A stretch of 63,163 nt of DNA, filler included, from Octopus bimaculoides (Eukaryota): NCBI RefSeq assembly GCF_001194135.2. It is 4 parts of 4 records of this genome, joined end to end, with 100 filler letters (N's around TTAATTAATTAA, not from the genome) between each part and the next. Parts side by side here need not be neighbours in the genome. Positions count along the whole stretch, not along the records: positions 47,851 to 63,163 come from NW_026306484.1; 3 more parts are not named here. The stretch is one strand, 5' to 3'. The position numbers and the translations under genes are program-made. Below the pieces are notes generated by a model, which saw only the letters and a program-made list of their open reading frames with translations, ran no database searches and was not told the origin of the DNA. Positions 53,041 to 63,163 of this stretch are shown here, in pieces (position 1 is the first letter of the stretch; the number at the start of each line of letters is the position of its first letter).

Positions 53041-53768
53041 TATATATATATATGGCCATGCTGGAGTACCACCTTTAGTAGANNNNNNNNNNNNNNNNNN
53101 NNNNNNNNNNNNNNNNNNNNNNNNNNNNNNNNNNNNNNNNNNNNNNNNNNNNNNNNNNNNNNNNNNNNNNNNNNNNNNNNNNNNNNNNNNNNNNNNNNNN
53201 NNNNNNNNNNNNNNNNNNNNNNNNNNNNNNNNNNNNNNNNNNNNNNNNNNNNNNNNNNNNNNNNNNNNNNNNNNNNNNNNNNNNNNNNNNNNNNNNNNNN
53301 NNNNNNNNNNNNNNNNNNNNNNNNNNNNNNNNNNNNNNNNNNNNNNNNNNNNNNNNNNNNNNNNNNNNNNNNNNNNNNNNNNNNNNNNNNNNNNNNNNNN
53401 NNNNNNNNNNNNNNNNNNNNNNNNNNNNNNNNNNNNNNNNNNNNNNNNNNNNNNNNNNNNNNNNNNNNNNNNNNNNNNNNNNNNNNNNNNNNNNNNNNNN
53501 NNNNNNNNNNNNNNNNNNNNNNNNNNNNNNNNNNNNNNNNNNNNNNNNNNNNNNNNNNNNNNNNNNNNNNNNNNNNNNNNNNNNNNNNNNNNNNNNNNNN
53601 NNNNNNNNNNNNNNNNNNNNNNNNNNNNNNNNNNNNNNNNNNNNNNNNNNNNNNNNNNNNNNNNNNNNNNNNNNNNNNNNNNNNNNNNNNNNNNNNNNNN
53701 NNNNNNNNNNNNNNNNNNNNNNNNNNNNNNNNNNNNNNNNNNNNNNNNNNNNNNNNNNNNNNNNATAT

Positions 53769-53802
<34 letters not shown>

Positions 53803-53868
53803 GTATATACAGAGAGAGAAAGAGAGAGAGAGAGAGAAAGAGAGAGAAATATGTGTATATATATAAGC

Positions 53869-53900
<32 letters not shown>

Positions 53901-54495
53901 CAAAACAAGTAAAAGGGTAAAAGTAAAAGGGACGTAAACACACCAACATCAATTGTCAAACGATGTTGGGACGACAAATAGACAAATACACACACACACA
54001 TATATATATATGCATGTTTATGCATATGTATATATATGTATGTATGTGTGTATATATATACATGTACGTTTGTAAATGCTTATATATATATACATATGTG
54101 TATATAAGTATATAAATATTCACGCACTCACATACACACACACACATATACATATATATATAAATACAGATGCCCTTCCTTGTATTTCGGCAAAGTGATG
54201 CGGAGGCTGGAAGGAATAGTAACAATTACTCCCCACCTTCCTACACCTTCCCACCGCCGAATAAAACAACCATTAGTAGTAGAAACAGCAGCAGTAGCAG
54301 CAGCAGCAACTGGTTGTGATGCTGCCGTTAGAGACCTGTTACCATTCTCTGGTCCCTCTCTCTCTGTCACAGACACAACCACCACAAAGAACTGAACACC
54401 ACTTCACAAGCCGATAGATATTTGATACCCCTATTGACGCCTGTGGTATATGCGATTGTACGTGTGTCTGTATATGTGTGTGTGTGTGTGTATGA

Positions 54496-54533
<38 letters not shown>

Positions 54534-55320
54534 TTATTTATATATGTATGCATTTATATATATGTATACATACATGTATGCATATATGCATGTATGTTTA
54601 TATATATATANNNNNNNNNNNNNNNNNNNNNNNNNNNNNNNNNNNNNNNNNNNNNNNNNNNNNNNNNNNNNNNNNNNNNNNNNNNNNNNNNNNNNNNNNN
54701 NNNNNNNNNNNNNNNNNNNNNNNNNNNNNNNNNNNNNNNNNNNNNNNNNNNNNNNNNNNNNNNNNNNNNNNNNNNNNNNNNNNNNNNNNNNNNNNNNNNN
54801 NNNNNNNNNNNNNNNNNNNNNNNNNNNNNNNNNNNNNNNNNNNNNNNNNNNNNNNNNNNNNNNNNNNNNNNNNNNNNNNNNNNNNNNNNNNNNNNNNNNN
54901 NNNNNNNNNNNNNNNNNNNNNNNNNNNNNNNNNNNNNNNNNNNNNNNNNNNNNNNNNNNNNNNNNNNNNNNNNNNNNNNNNNNNNNNNNNNNNNNNNNNN
55001 NNNNNNNNNNNNNNNNNNNNNNNNNNNNNNNNNNNNNNNNNNNNNNNNNNNNNNNNNNNNNNNNNNNNNNNNNNNNNNNNNNNNNNNNNNNNNNNNNNNN
55101 NNNNNNNNNNNNNNNNNNNNNNNNNNNNNNNNNNNNNNNNNNNNNNNNNNNNNNNNNNNNNNNNNNNNNNNNNNNNNNNNNNNNNNNNNNNNNNNNNNNN
55201 NNNNNNNNNNNNNNNNNNNNNNNNNNNNNNNNNNNNNNNNNNNNNNNNNNNNNNNNNNNNNNNNNNNNNNNNNNNNNNNNNNNNNNNNNNNNNNNNNNNN
55301 NNNNNNNNNNNNNNNNNNNN

Positions 55321-55353
<33 letters not shown>

Positions 55354-55496
55354 GTTTGGCAAAAAAAAATGACCATCTCAAAATACAACAATGTGTGTGT
55401 GTGGGTATGTGTGTATGTGTGTGTATACATGTGTGAATCTCTGTGTCTGTATGTATAGAACTCTGTGTGTATGTGTGTGTGTGTGTGTGTGTGTGT

Positions 55497-55790
55497 TAAG
55501 GTTGTCCCAAAAGTAACACGAAACAAGGGCATAACATTTCCATTAGCTGATATCGGTTGTTCCAATTGCACATGTCTGTAGAGTAAATGCTTCCCTCTAC
55601 GTAGCACTCCTCCCATTTCTTCATCTACATTGTGAAAAACGAAATAATGGTTTGCAAGCAAAACCAATGAGCCCTTACCGAATTCTTGACAAAAGAATGG
55701 TACAGGCTGTCTGGCATCCAAAGAAGGCTACAAGTTGTTTATTGAGCTGATACCATTCACTAAAGCAATGTGCACACATGGATTATGAAG
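55497..55790 (-). mobile_element. Mariner-like element, 3' end with terminal inverted repeat
   Basis: TIR-like TAAGGTTGTCCCAAAAGTAAC at about 55497; minus-strand remnant FFTM*MKKWEECYVEGSIY resembles the mariner C-terminal W.KC...G.Y motif. Confidence 0.55.
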
Positions 55791-57029
55791 TTTAAAGTAT
55801 ATGTTGTGTACCAGGATTGATCTAATCGACTGGCCCCTCCCCTCAAATTCCAGACTTTCTGCCTTTAGTAGAAAGAATTATTATTATTATTATTATTCAT
55901 TATATCTTTCTCCGTTTTCTTCCTCTGTTTCGACGAACTTTCCTACCTTTTCGGACAAAACCTTCTGTAACCTTCATCCTGTCTTTGTCCTTACATGTTT
56001 TTAATTGATATTAGCCCTTGTGGCCAATAAAACGAATTAATTATCATTATTATTATTACTATTATNNNNNNNNNNNNNNNNNNNNNNNNNNNNNNNNNNN
56101 NNNNNNNNNNNNNNNNNNNNNNNNNNNNNNNNNNNNNNNNNNNNNNNNNNNNNNNNNNNNNNNNNNNNNNNNNNNNNNNNNNNNNNNNNNNNNNNNNNNN
56201 NNNNNNNNNNNNNNNNNNNNNNNNNNNNNNNNNNNNNNNNNNNNNNNNNNNNNNNNNNNNNNNNNNNNNNNNNNNNNNNNNNNNNNNNNNNNNNNNNNNN
56301 NNNNNNNNNNNNNNNNNNNNNNNNNNNNNNNNNNNNNNNNNNNNNNNNNNNNNNNNNNNNNNNNNNNNNNNNNNNNNNNNNNNNNNNNNNNNNNNNNNNN
56401 NNNNNNNNNNNNNNNNNNNNNNNNNNNNNNNNNNNNNNNNNNNNNNNNNNNNNNNNNNNNNNNNNNNNNNNNNNNNNNNNNNNNNNNNNNNNNNNNNNNN
56501 NNNNNNNNNNNNNNNNNNNNNNNNNNNNNNNNNNNNNNNNNNNNNNNNNNNNNNNNNNNNNNNNNNNNNNNNNNNNNNNNNNNNNNNNNNNNNNNNNNNN
56601 NNNNNNNNNNNNNNNNNNNNNNNNNNNNNNNNNNNNNNNNNNNNNNNNNNNNNNNNNNNNNNNNNNNNNNNNNNNNNNNNNNNNNNNNNNNNNNNNNNNN
56701 NNNNNNNNNNNNNNNNNNNNNNNNNNNNNNNNNNNNNNNNNNNNNNNNNNNNNNNNNNNNNNNNNNNNNNNNNNNNNNNNNNNNNNNNNNNNNNNNNNNN
56801 NNNNNNNNNNNNNNNNNNNNNNNNNNNNNNNNNNNNNNNNNNNNNNNNNNNNNNNNNNNNNNNNNNNNNNNNNNNNNNNNNNNNNNNNNNNNNNNNNNNN
56901 NNNNNNNNNNNNNNNNNNNNNNNNNNNNNNNNNNNNNNNNNNNNNNGTGTGTGTGTGTGTGTGTGTGTGTGTGTGCATTTGTTGTTTTCTGAGTGCTTGT
57001 GTGGCATGTATGTGTGCGTGCATGTATTT

Positions 57030-57065
<36 letters not shown>

Positions 57066-57479
57066 TCCACATTTCAGCTGAGAAAGAAAGTTGATCTAGT
57101 TTTCATCACCAATAAAGAAACAGAAAGTTTAAGACAAAACATATAAAGGAGGGAGGGAGGGTGGTGGCGGCGGTAGTTGTAGCAGCGGTAATGGTGGTGG
57201 TGATGGTGGTTGTGGTGGTAGTGATGACAGTAGTGATGGTGGTAATAGTGGTGATAGTGGTGAAGGTGGTGGTGGTGGTGGTGGTGGCTTCTTTGTGATT
57301 GGTGTTGTTGTTGTTGTTGGTGGTGGTGGTAGTCATGGCACGTTACTATTGTTGTTGTTGCTGTGGTGGTGATGGTGGTGGTGGTGGTTGTTTTGGTGGC
57401 GGTAGTGGTGCTGCTAACTCGTATACAAGGCTCTATTTAGCATACGAGAAGCAACCACACAAGCTCACATCACAGAAGA

Positions 57480-57635
57480 TCTAAGAAAACAAAGCTAATC
57501 TGGTTTAATCCACCTTACAACAAGACTATAAAGTAGCAAATAATCCCAAGAAACTTCTGACTCATATAAAAGTAACATTTCCCCCTGGCACACAAATACA
57601 TGAAACCACTTCATCAGTAACACTACTGCCAGCTG
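57480..57635 (+). mobile_element. Penelope-like element (RT/GIY-YIG linker) fragment
   Basis: KLIWFNPPYNKTIK, then after a frameshift KKLLTHIKVTFPPGTQIHE, matching the PLE motif WFNPPY...KHFP..H.LHK. Confidence 0.7.
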
Positions 57636-57709
57636 TTCACCACCACCACCACCACCATCATCATCGTCGTCGTCATCATCATCACTGCCACCACCACCAT
57701 CATCGTGAA

Positions 57710-58120
57710 GCCCAACACTCGATGTTAGATTTTAAGGTCCACATTTCTCCTTCAAACAGATCGACATCAACAAACATTAACACAACAGAATCTAACTTTA
57801 CAAAAGCATGAAAGATATGGCAGAACATGCCAATAACTCTTTCCACCAGCCAGGGTGACCTAAAGATTGCTAGAGGTTTCCCTTTTTTTTTAAACACAGC
57901 AACGGGCCTTTATGTTCAGGGTCAGGGCAAAGCAGGGGGTCACCTGGCGAGGCTCTGCACTCTGTGATTAAGAAAAGGAAGTGCTGTGAGATGACAGGAT
58001 GGCTAAATTCATCTGACAGAGCCAAGATAACATCAGAGACAGGGGACCAGTGGGTATAATGAGAGCCAATCCTTTGTAGGGGACACCTCAAGACAGAAGG
58101 GTTTATAAACACATGTGTGG
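57710..58120 (+). mobile_element. Very old LINE RT C-terminal remnant (RTE-like)
   Basis: TESNFTKA*KIWQNMPITLST and EALHSVIKKRK..GWLNSSDRAKIT weakly resemble the RTE C-terminus. Confidence 0.35.
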
Positions 58121-58202
58121 AGTGTGAGGACAATCGGTACAAATGCTCACACGACAAACAGTAAACTTTTAAACATACATACATAGATATAAACATATAT
58201 AC

Positions 58203-58267
<65 letters not shown>

Positions 58268-58367
58268 TATCTACACACACACGCACATACATAGCTGTCT
58301 ATTTATGTATATATGTGTGCATGTATATATCTTTATATATATATATATATATGCATATGTATATATG

Positions 58368-58400
<33 letters not shown>

Positions 58401-58436
58401 GTATTTCTATTTATGATATATGTGTGTGTGTGTGTG

Positions 58437-58469
<33 letters not shown>

Positions 58470-58878
58470 CATCATCATCGTCATATGTATATATATATAT
58501 CTGTATATGTGTGTGTGTGAGTGTGTGTGTGAGTGTGTGTGTGTGTGAGTGTGTTTATATATCTGTGTGCGCATATCTATACACGCATGAATATATTTGT
58601 ATATAATACATATGCATATGTAAGTACACACACACACACACATCAGGATATATCTATTTGTGCGTGTGAATGTATGTATATAAAGACATATTATATATCA
58701 TAAACACTAGGTGTGTTTAGTCTCTTCAATTTTTATTTCTGTTTTATCCCTGACTTTTTTTTTTTAAATATACACTCTATCCTGCAAAATAAACTTTGGA
58801 TTTCCTATAAAAAGGTACTCTCGATAATTAATAAAACTGTCATCATTTCTGATGATACGTGTACAATAAGAGCATGTG

Positions 58879-58952
<74 letters not shown>

Positions 58953-59660
58953 NNNNNNNNNNNNNNNNNNNNNNNNNNNNNNNNNNNNNNNNNNNNNNNN
59001 NNNNNNNNNNNNNNNNNNNNNNNNNNNNNNNNNNNNNNNNNNNNNNNNNNNNNNNNNNNNNNNNNNNNNNNNNNNNNNNNNNNNNNNNNNNNNNNNNNNN
59101 NNNNNNNNNNNNNNNNNNNNNNNNNNNNNNNNNNNNNNNNNNNNNNNNNNNNNNNNNNNNNNNNNNNNNNNNNNNNNNNNNNNNNNNNNNNNNNNNNNNN
59201 NNNNNNNNNNNNNNNNNNNNNNNNNNNNNNNNNNNNNNNNNNNNNNNNNNNNNNNNNNNNNNNNNNNNNNNNNNNNNNNNNNNNNNNNNNNNNNNNNNNN
59301 NNNNNNNNNNNNNNNNNNNNNNNNNNNNNNNNNNNNNNNNNNNNNNNNNNNNNNNNNNNNNNNNNNNNNNNNNNNNNNNNNNNNNNNNNNNNNNNNNNNN
59401 NNNNNNNNNNNNNNNNNNNNNNNNNNNNNNNNNNNNNNNNNNNNNNNNNNNNNNNNNNNNTATATATATATGTATGTGTATATATATGTATGTGTATATG
59501 ATGGTGTGTGTGTGCCACACCAGCAAGTGTTCAGTTACAGTCTCTCAGGATTCTTGAGTTCAAAACAACATTGAGTTCTTCCTAGTGTTTACTATACGTT
59601 GGTCCCTGCTGAGCTGGCAGCAATAGTAGTAGTAGTAGCAGCAGCAGCAGCAACAGCAGC

Positions 59661-59698
<38 letters not shown>

Positions 59699-60000
59699 CG
59701 GAGGCAGCAGCTGCTGGCTAGCTCCCGGGTCAGTCCTGTTCCAGACGAACCTATGATCAAACATGTTCCAGTTGTGACCATCCCATCTTTTATTCAGTCA
59801 TAGTGTATCTAGGACTACATTATCTAATGTACAGTATAGAAGTTAGTATTAGTGGCTATAGTTGTTGCTGTTGTTGTTGTTGTTTAGCCCCAGGTCAGTC
59901 CTGATCCAGACAGACTCATGATCAAAGACGTTCCAGCGGTGACCATCCCATCTTCCTTTACTAAAACAGCTGGATGTGATTCTTAAAGAGATAGAGTTAC

Positions 60001-60110
60001 TCTTTGTGAAGAAGTGTTATCACTGAAATAACCATTAAGAAGGCGCCGACTGTACACACGAGCAAAGCAATTGACCTGAAGCGATCTGTGTATCGGTCGC
60101 CATGCTTCAT
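60001..60110 (-). CDS. Weak candidate signal-peptide/anchor exon (MKHGDRYTDRFRSIALLVCTVGAFLMVISVITLLHK)
   Basis: ATG at 60110, a 21-residue hydrophobic run and donor GA|gtaact. The donor is phase 2 whereas the main acceptor at 50105 is phase 0, and the ATG lies in repeat-like sequence. Confidence 0.15.
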
Positions 60111-60161
60111 CGCTAAATCCACAAGTTCTTTTTTATTCTTTCTCTGTTTATTTTCTCTTAT

Positions 60162-60200
60162 TCTTTTCTGCTGAAGAGCGTAGGCTTGAAATGTAAAAGA
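60162..60200 (+). ncRNA. Degenerate minimal hammerhead-like motif within a repeat end
   Basis: UCUUU-U-CUGCUGA-A-GAGC-GUAG-GCUU-GAAA-UG-UA-AAAGA; same architecture as 43753-43790, with the core deviating at A6. Confidence 0.33.
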
Positions 60201-60656
60201 CTTTCTCACCTTCTTGAGCGTCAAACTAATTCATCTGCTTTTTGTTCATACACCTGTCTTTGTCTTTCGTTTTATTTGTAAATTTCAACTATATACATCA
60301 TCTTCGTTTAACGTCCACTTTCCATGCTGGCATGATATATNNNNNNNNNNNNNNNNNNNNNNNNNNNNNNNNNNNNNNNNNNNNNNNNNNNNNNNNNNNN
60401 NNNNNNNNNNNNNNNNNNNNNNNNNNNNNNNNNNNNNNNNNNNNNNNNNNNNNNNNNNNNNNNNNNNNNNNNNNNNNNNNNNNNNNNNNNNNNNNNNNNN
60501 NNNNNNNNNNNNNNNNNNNNNNNNNNNNNNNNNNNNNNNNNNNNNNNNNNNNNNNNNNNNNNNNNNNNNNNNNNNNNNNNNNNNNNNNNNNNNNNNNNNN
60601 NNNNNNNNNNNNNNNNNNNNNNNNNNNNNNNNNNNNNNNNNNNNNNNNNNNNNNNN

Positions 60657-60699
<43 letters not shown>

Positions 60700-60744
60700 T
60701 CATATATGTACATATACATACACACACACACATATATATACAGA

Positions 60745-60975
60745 GAGGGCATCCAGCTATAAAAGCCCTTGCTAAACTGACGACAGCTGTGCTTGTGCCA
60801 CATAAAAAGCACTAAGTCCACTCTGCAGAGTGGTTGGTGTCAGGAAGAGCATCCAGCTGTCAAAAGTCTGCCAAAACAGAGACAGTAGTTTGGGGTAGTC
60901 TTCTACCTGACTGGCTCCTGTCAACCATCCTACCCATGCATACGTGGAAGACAGACATTATACAATGATGATGAC
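60745..60975 (+). mobile_element. Family C repeat, diverged
   Basis: CATAAAAAGCACT...GGAAGAGCATCCAGCTGT...CCCATGCATACGTGGAAG...GATGATG. Confidence 0.7.
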
Positions 60976-62861
60976 GATGAAGACACATTGAGAATTCTTA
61001 GAAACTAGTTATATTTGGAACACACAGAATGGTTTAGCGGCGTAAATGACATAAGGTTGCATCTAGTTGGGTCTTGTTGCGTCTAGTTCTTAAACAATAT
61101 GCTTCGGTTAGAATTGTTTGTCTGAAAACATGTTTGCATGCAAAACAGAAGGGTCGTGAAAATGAAACGAAACGTAAACACATGCATAGCTGTACACACA
61201 CACACACACACAGAGGCATATTTGCAACTGTCACGTGATGTCTAGACAAGGGCACAAACAATGACACAAACACACACATGTACACACACACACACATATA
61301 TATAAACACTTTCATGTATTCATTTATCTATCTATCTATATAAATATATATATATATATANNNNNNNNNNNNNNNNNNNNNNNNNNNNNNNNNNNNNNNN
61401 NNNNNNNNNNNNNNNNNNNNNNNNNNNNNNNNNNNNNNNNNNNNNNNNNNNNNNNNNNNNNNNNNNNNNNNNNNNNNNNNNNNNNNNNNNNNNNNNNNNN
61501 NNNNNNNNNNNNNNNNNNNNNNNNNNNNNNNNNNNNNNNNNNNNNNNNNNNNNNNNNNNNNNNNNNNNNNNNNNNNNNNNNNNNNNNNNNNNNNNNNNNN
61601 NNNNNNNNNNNNNNNNNNNNNNNNNNNNNNNNNNNNNNNNNNNNNNNNNNNNNNNNNNNNNNNNNNNNNNNNNNNNNNNNNNNNNNNNNNNNNNNNNNNN
61701 NNNNNNNNNNNNNNNNNNNNNNNNNNNNNNNNNNNNNNNNNNNNNNNNNNNNNNNNNNNNNNNNNNNNNNNNNNNNNNNNNNNNNNNNNNNNNNNNNNNN
61801 NNNNNNNNNNNNNNNNNNNNNNNNNNNNNNNNNNNNNNNNNNNNNNNNNNNNNNNNNNNNNNNNNNNNNNNNNNNNNNNNNNNNNNNNNNNNNNNNNNNN
61901 NNNNNNNNNNNNNNNNNNNNNNNNNNNNNNNNNNNNNNNNNNNNNNNNNNNNNNNNNNNNNNNNNNNNNNNNNNNNNNNNNNNNNNNNNNNNNNNNNNNN
62001 NNNNNNNNNNNNNNNNNNNNNNNNNNNNNNNNNNNNNNNNNNNNNNNNNNNNNNNNNNNNNNNNNNNNNNNNNNNNNNNNNNNNNNNNNNNNNNNNNNNN
62101 NNNNNNNNNNNNNNNNNNNNNNNNNNNNNNNNNNNNNNNNNNNNNNNNNNNNNNNNNNNNNNNNNNNNNNNNNNNNNNNNNNNNNNNNNNNNNNNNNNNN
62201 NNNNNNNNNNNNNNNNNNNNNNNNNNNNNNNNNNNNNNNNNNNNNNNNNNNNNNNNNNNNNNNNNNNNNNNNNNNNNNNNNNNNNNNNNNNNNNNNNNNN
62301 NNNNNNNNNNNNNNNNNNNAAAATGAGAACCACCACCATCACCATCATCATCATCATCCTCATCACCATCATCATCACCATCATCATCACCACCACCATA
62401 ATCATCATCATCGTTACCATAATCATATCATCATCATCATCTTCATCATAATCATCATCATCGTTACCATAATCTTCATCATCATCATCATCATCACCAT
62501 CACCACCATGTCTATCTTCACAACCAACACCACCACCACCACCACCACCTACATCGTCATCATCACCACCACAACCATCCACAACCACCACCAACACCAC
62601 TACTACCACCAACACGACAACCACCTCCACCACCACCACCACCACCACCACCACCATCAGCAGCAGCACCACATCAACAACAGCAACAACTATGACAACG
62701 ACGATGATGCTGATGATGGTGGTGATGGTGGCGGTGGTGGTGTTGGTGGTGGTGGAGGTGGTTGTCGTGTTGGTGGTAGTAGTGGTGTTGGTGGTGGTGT
62801 AGTCTGCAGTGCAGTGGTTGCCATGATGAATGATAGCTAGTTAGGAAGTTGNNNNNNNNNN

Positions 62862-62892
<31 letters not shown>

Positions 62893-63111
62893 CACATGCA
62901 CATGTATGTATGTATATATACTTATATATATGTATGTATGTATATATACATATATGCACATATATATACATATATATAAATGTTTATATGTGTGTGTGTG
63001 TATATGTGCATATATATATATATGTGTGCGTGTATATGCATGTATGTATGAATGCCTGTATATATGTATGTATATGCATATATATAATATGTACATTTAT
63101 ATATGTATGTA

Positions 63112-63163
<52 letters not shown>

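Noticed and set aside
1-63163. Most ORFs in the supplied track ([24 protein letters not shown], poly-X)
   Set aside because: They are translations of microsatellites or run through N gaps, with no coding signal.

Overview
Repeat-rich, AT-rich, heavily gapped eukaryotic (animal) genomic DNA. The SINE families and the abundance of microsatellites point to a coleoid cephalopod, probably Octopus; this is recognition from memory, not a database result. Most of the window is microsatellite, four SINE-like families, decayed non-LTR retrotransposons (RTE-like, R4/Dong-like, L1/Tx1-like, Penelope-like), Tc1/mariner remnants and N gaps. Three gaps contain an artificial TTAATTAATTAA linker. The only well-supported host-gene sequence is two minus-strand exons (50105-49951 and 48984-48852) with canonical splice sites and compatible phases. 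Together they encode the N-terminal part of a Notch-ligand-type MNNL/C2 domain of a divergent Delta/Serrate-like protein. I could not reliably find its first exon or its downstream exons. The most unusual signal is a compact hammerhead-ribozyme fold of the Penelope type (52472-52519, minus strand, sense to the gene's pre-mRNA). Two more degenerate hammerhead-like motifs are present, one inside an element bounded by perfect 33-bp inverted repeats. No rRNA, genuine tRNA or CRISPR array is supported. Nearly all ORFs in the supplied track are microsatellite or N-gap artefacts. Repeat boundaries are approximate.
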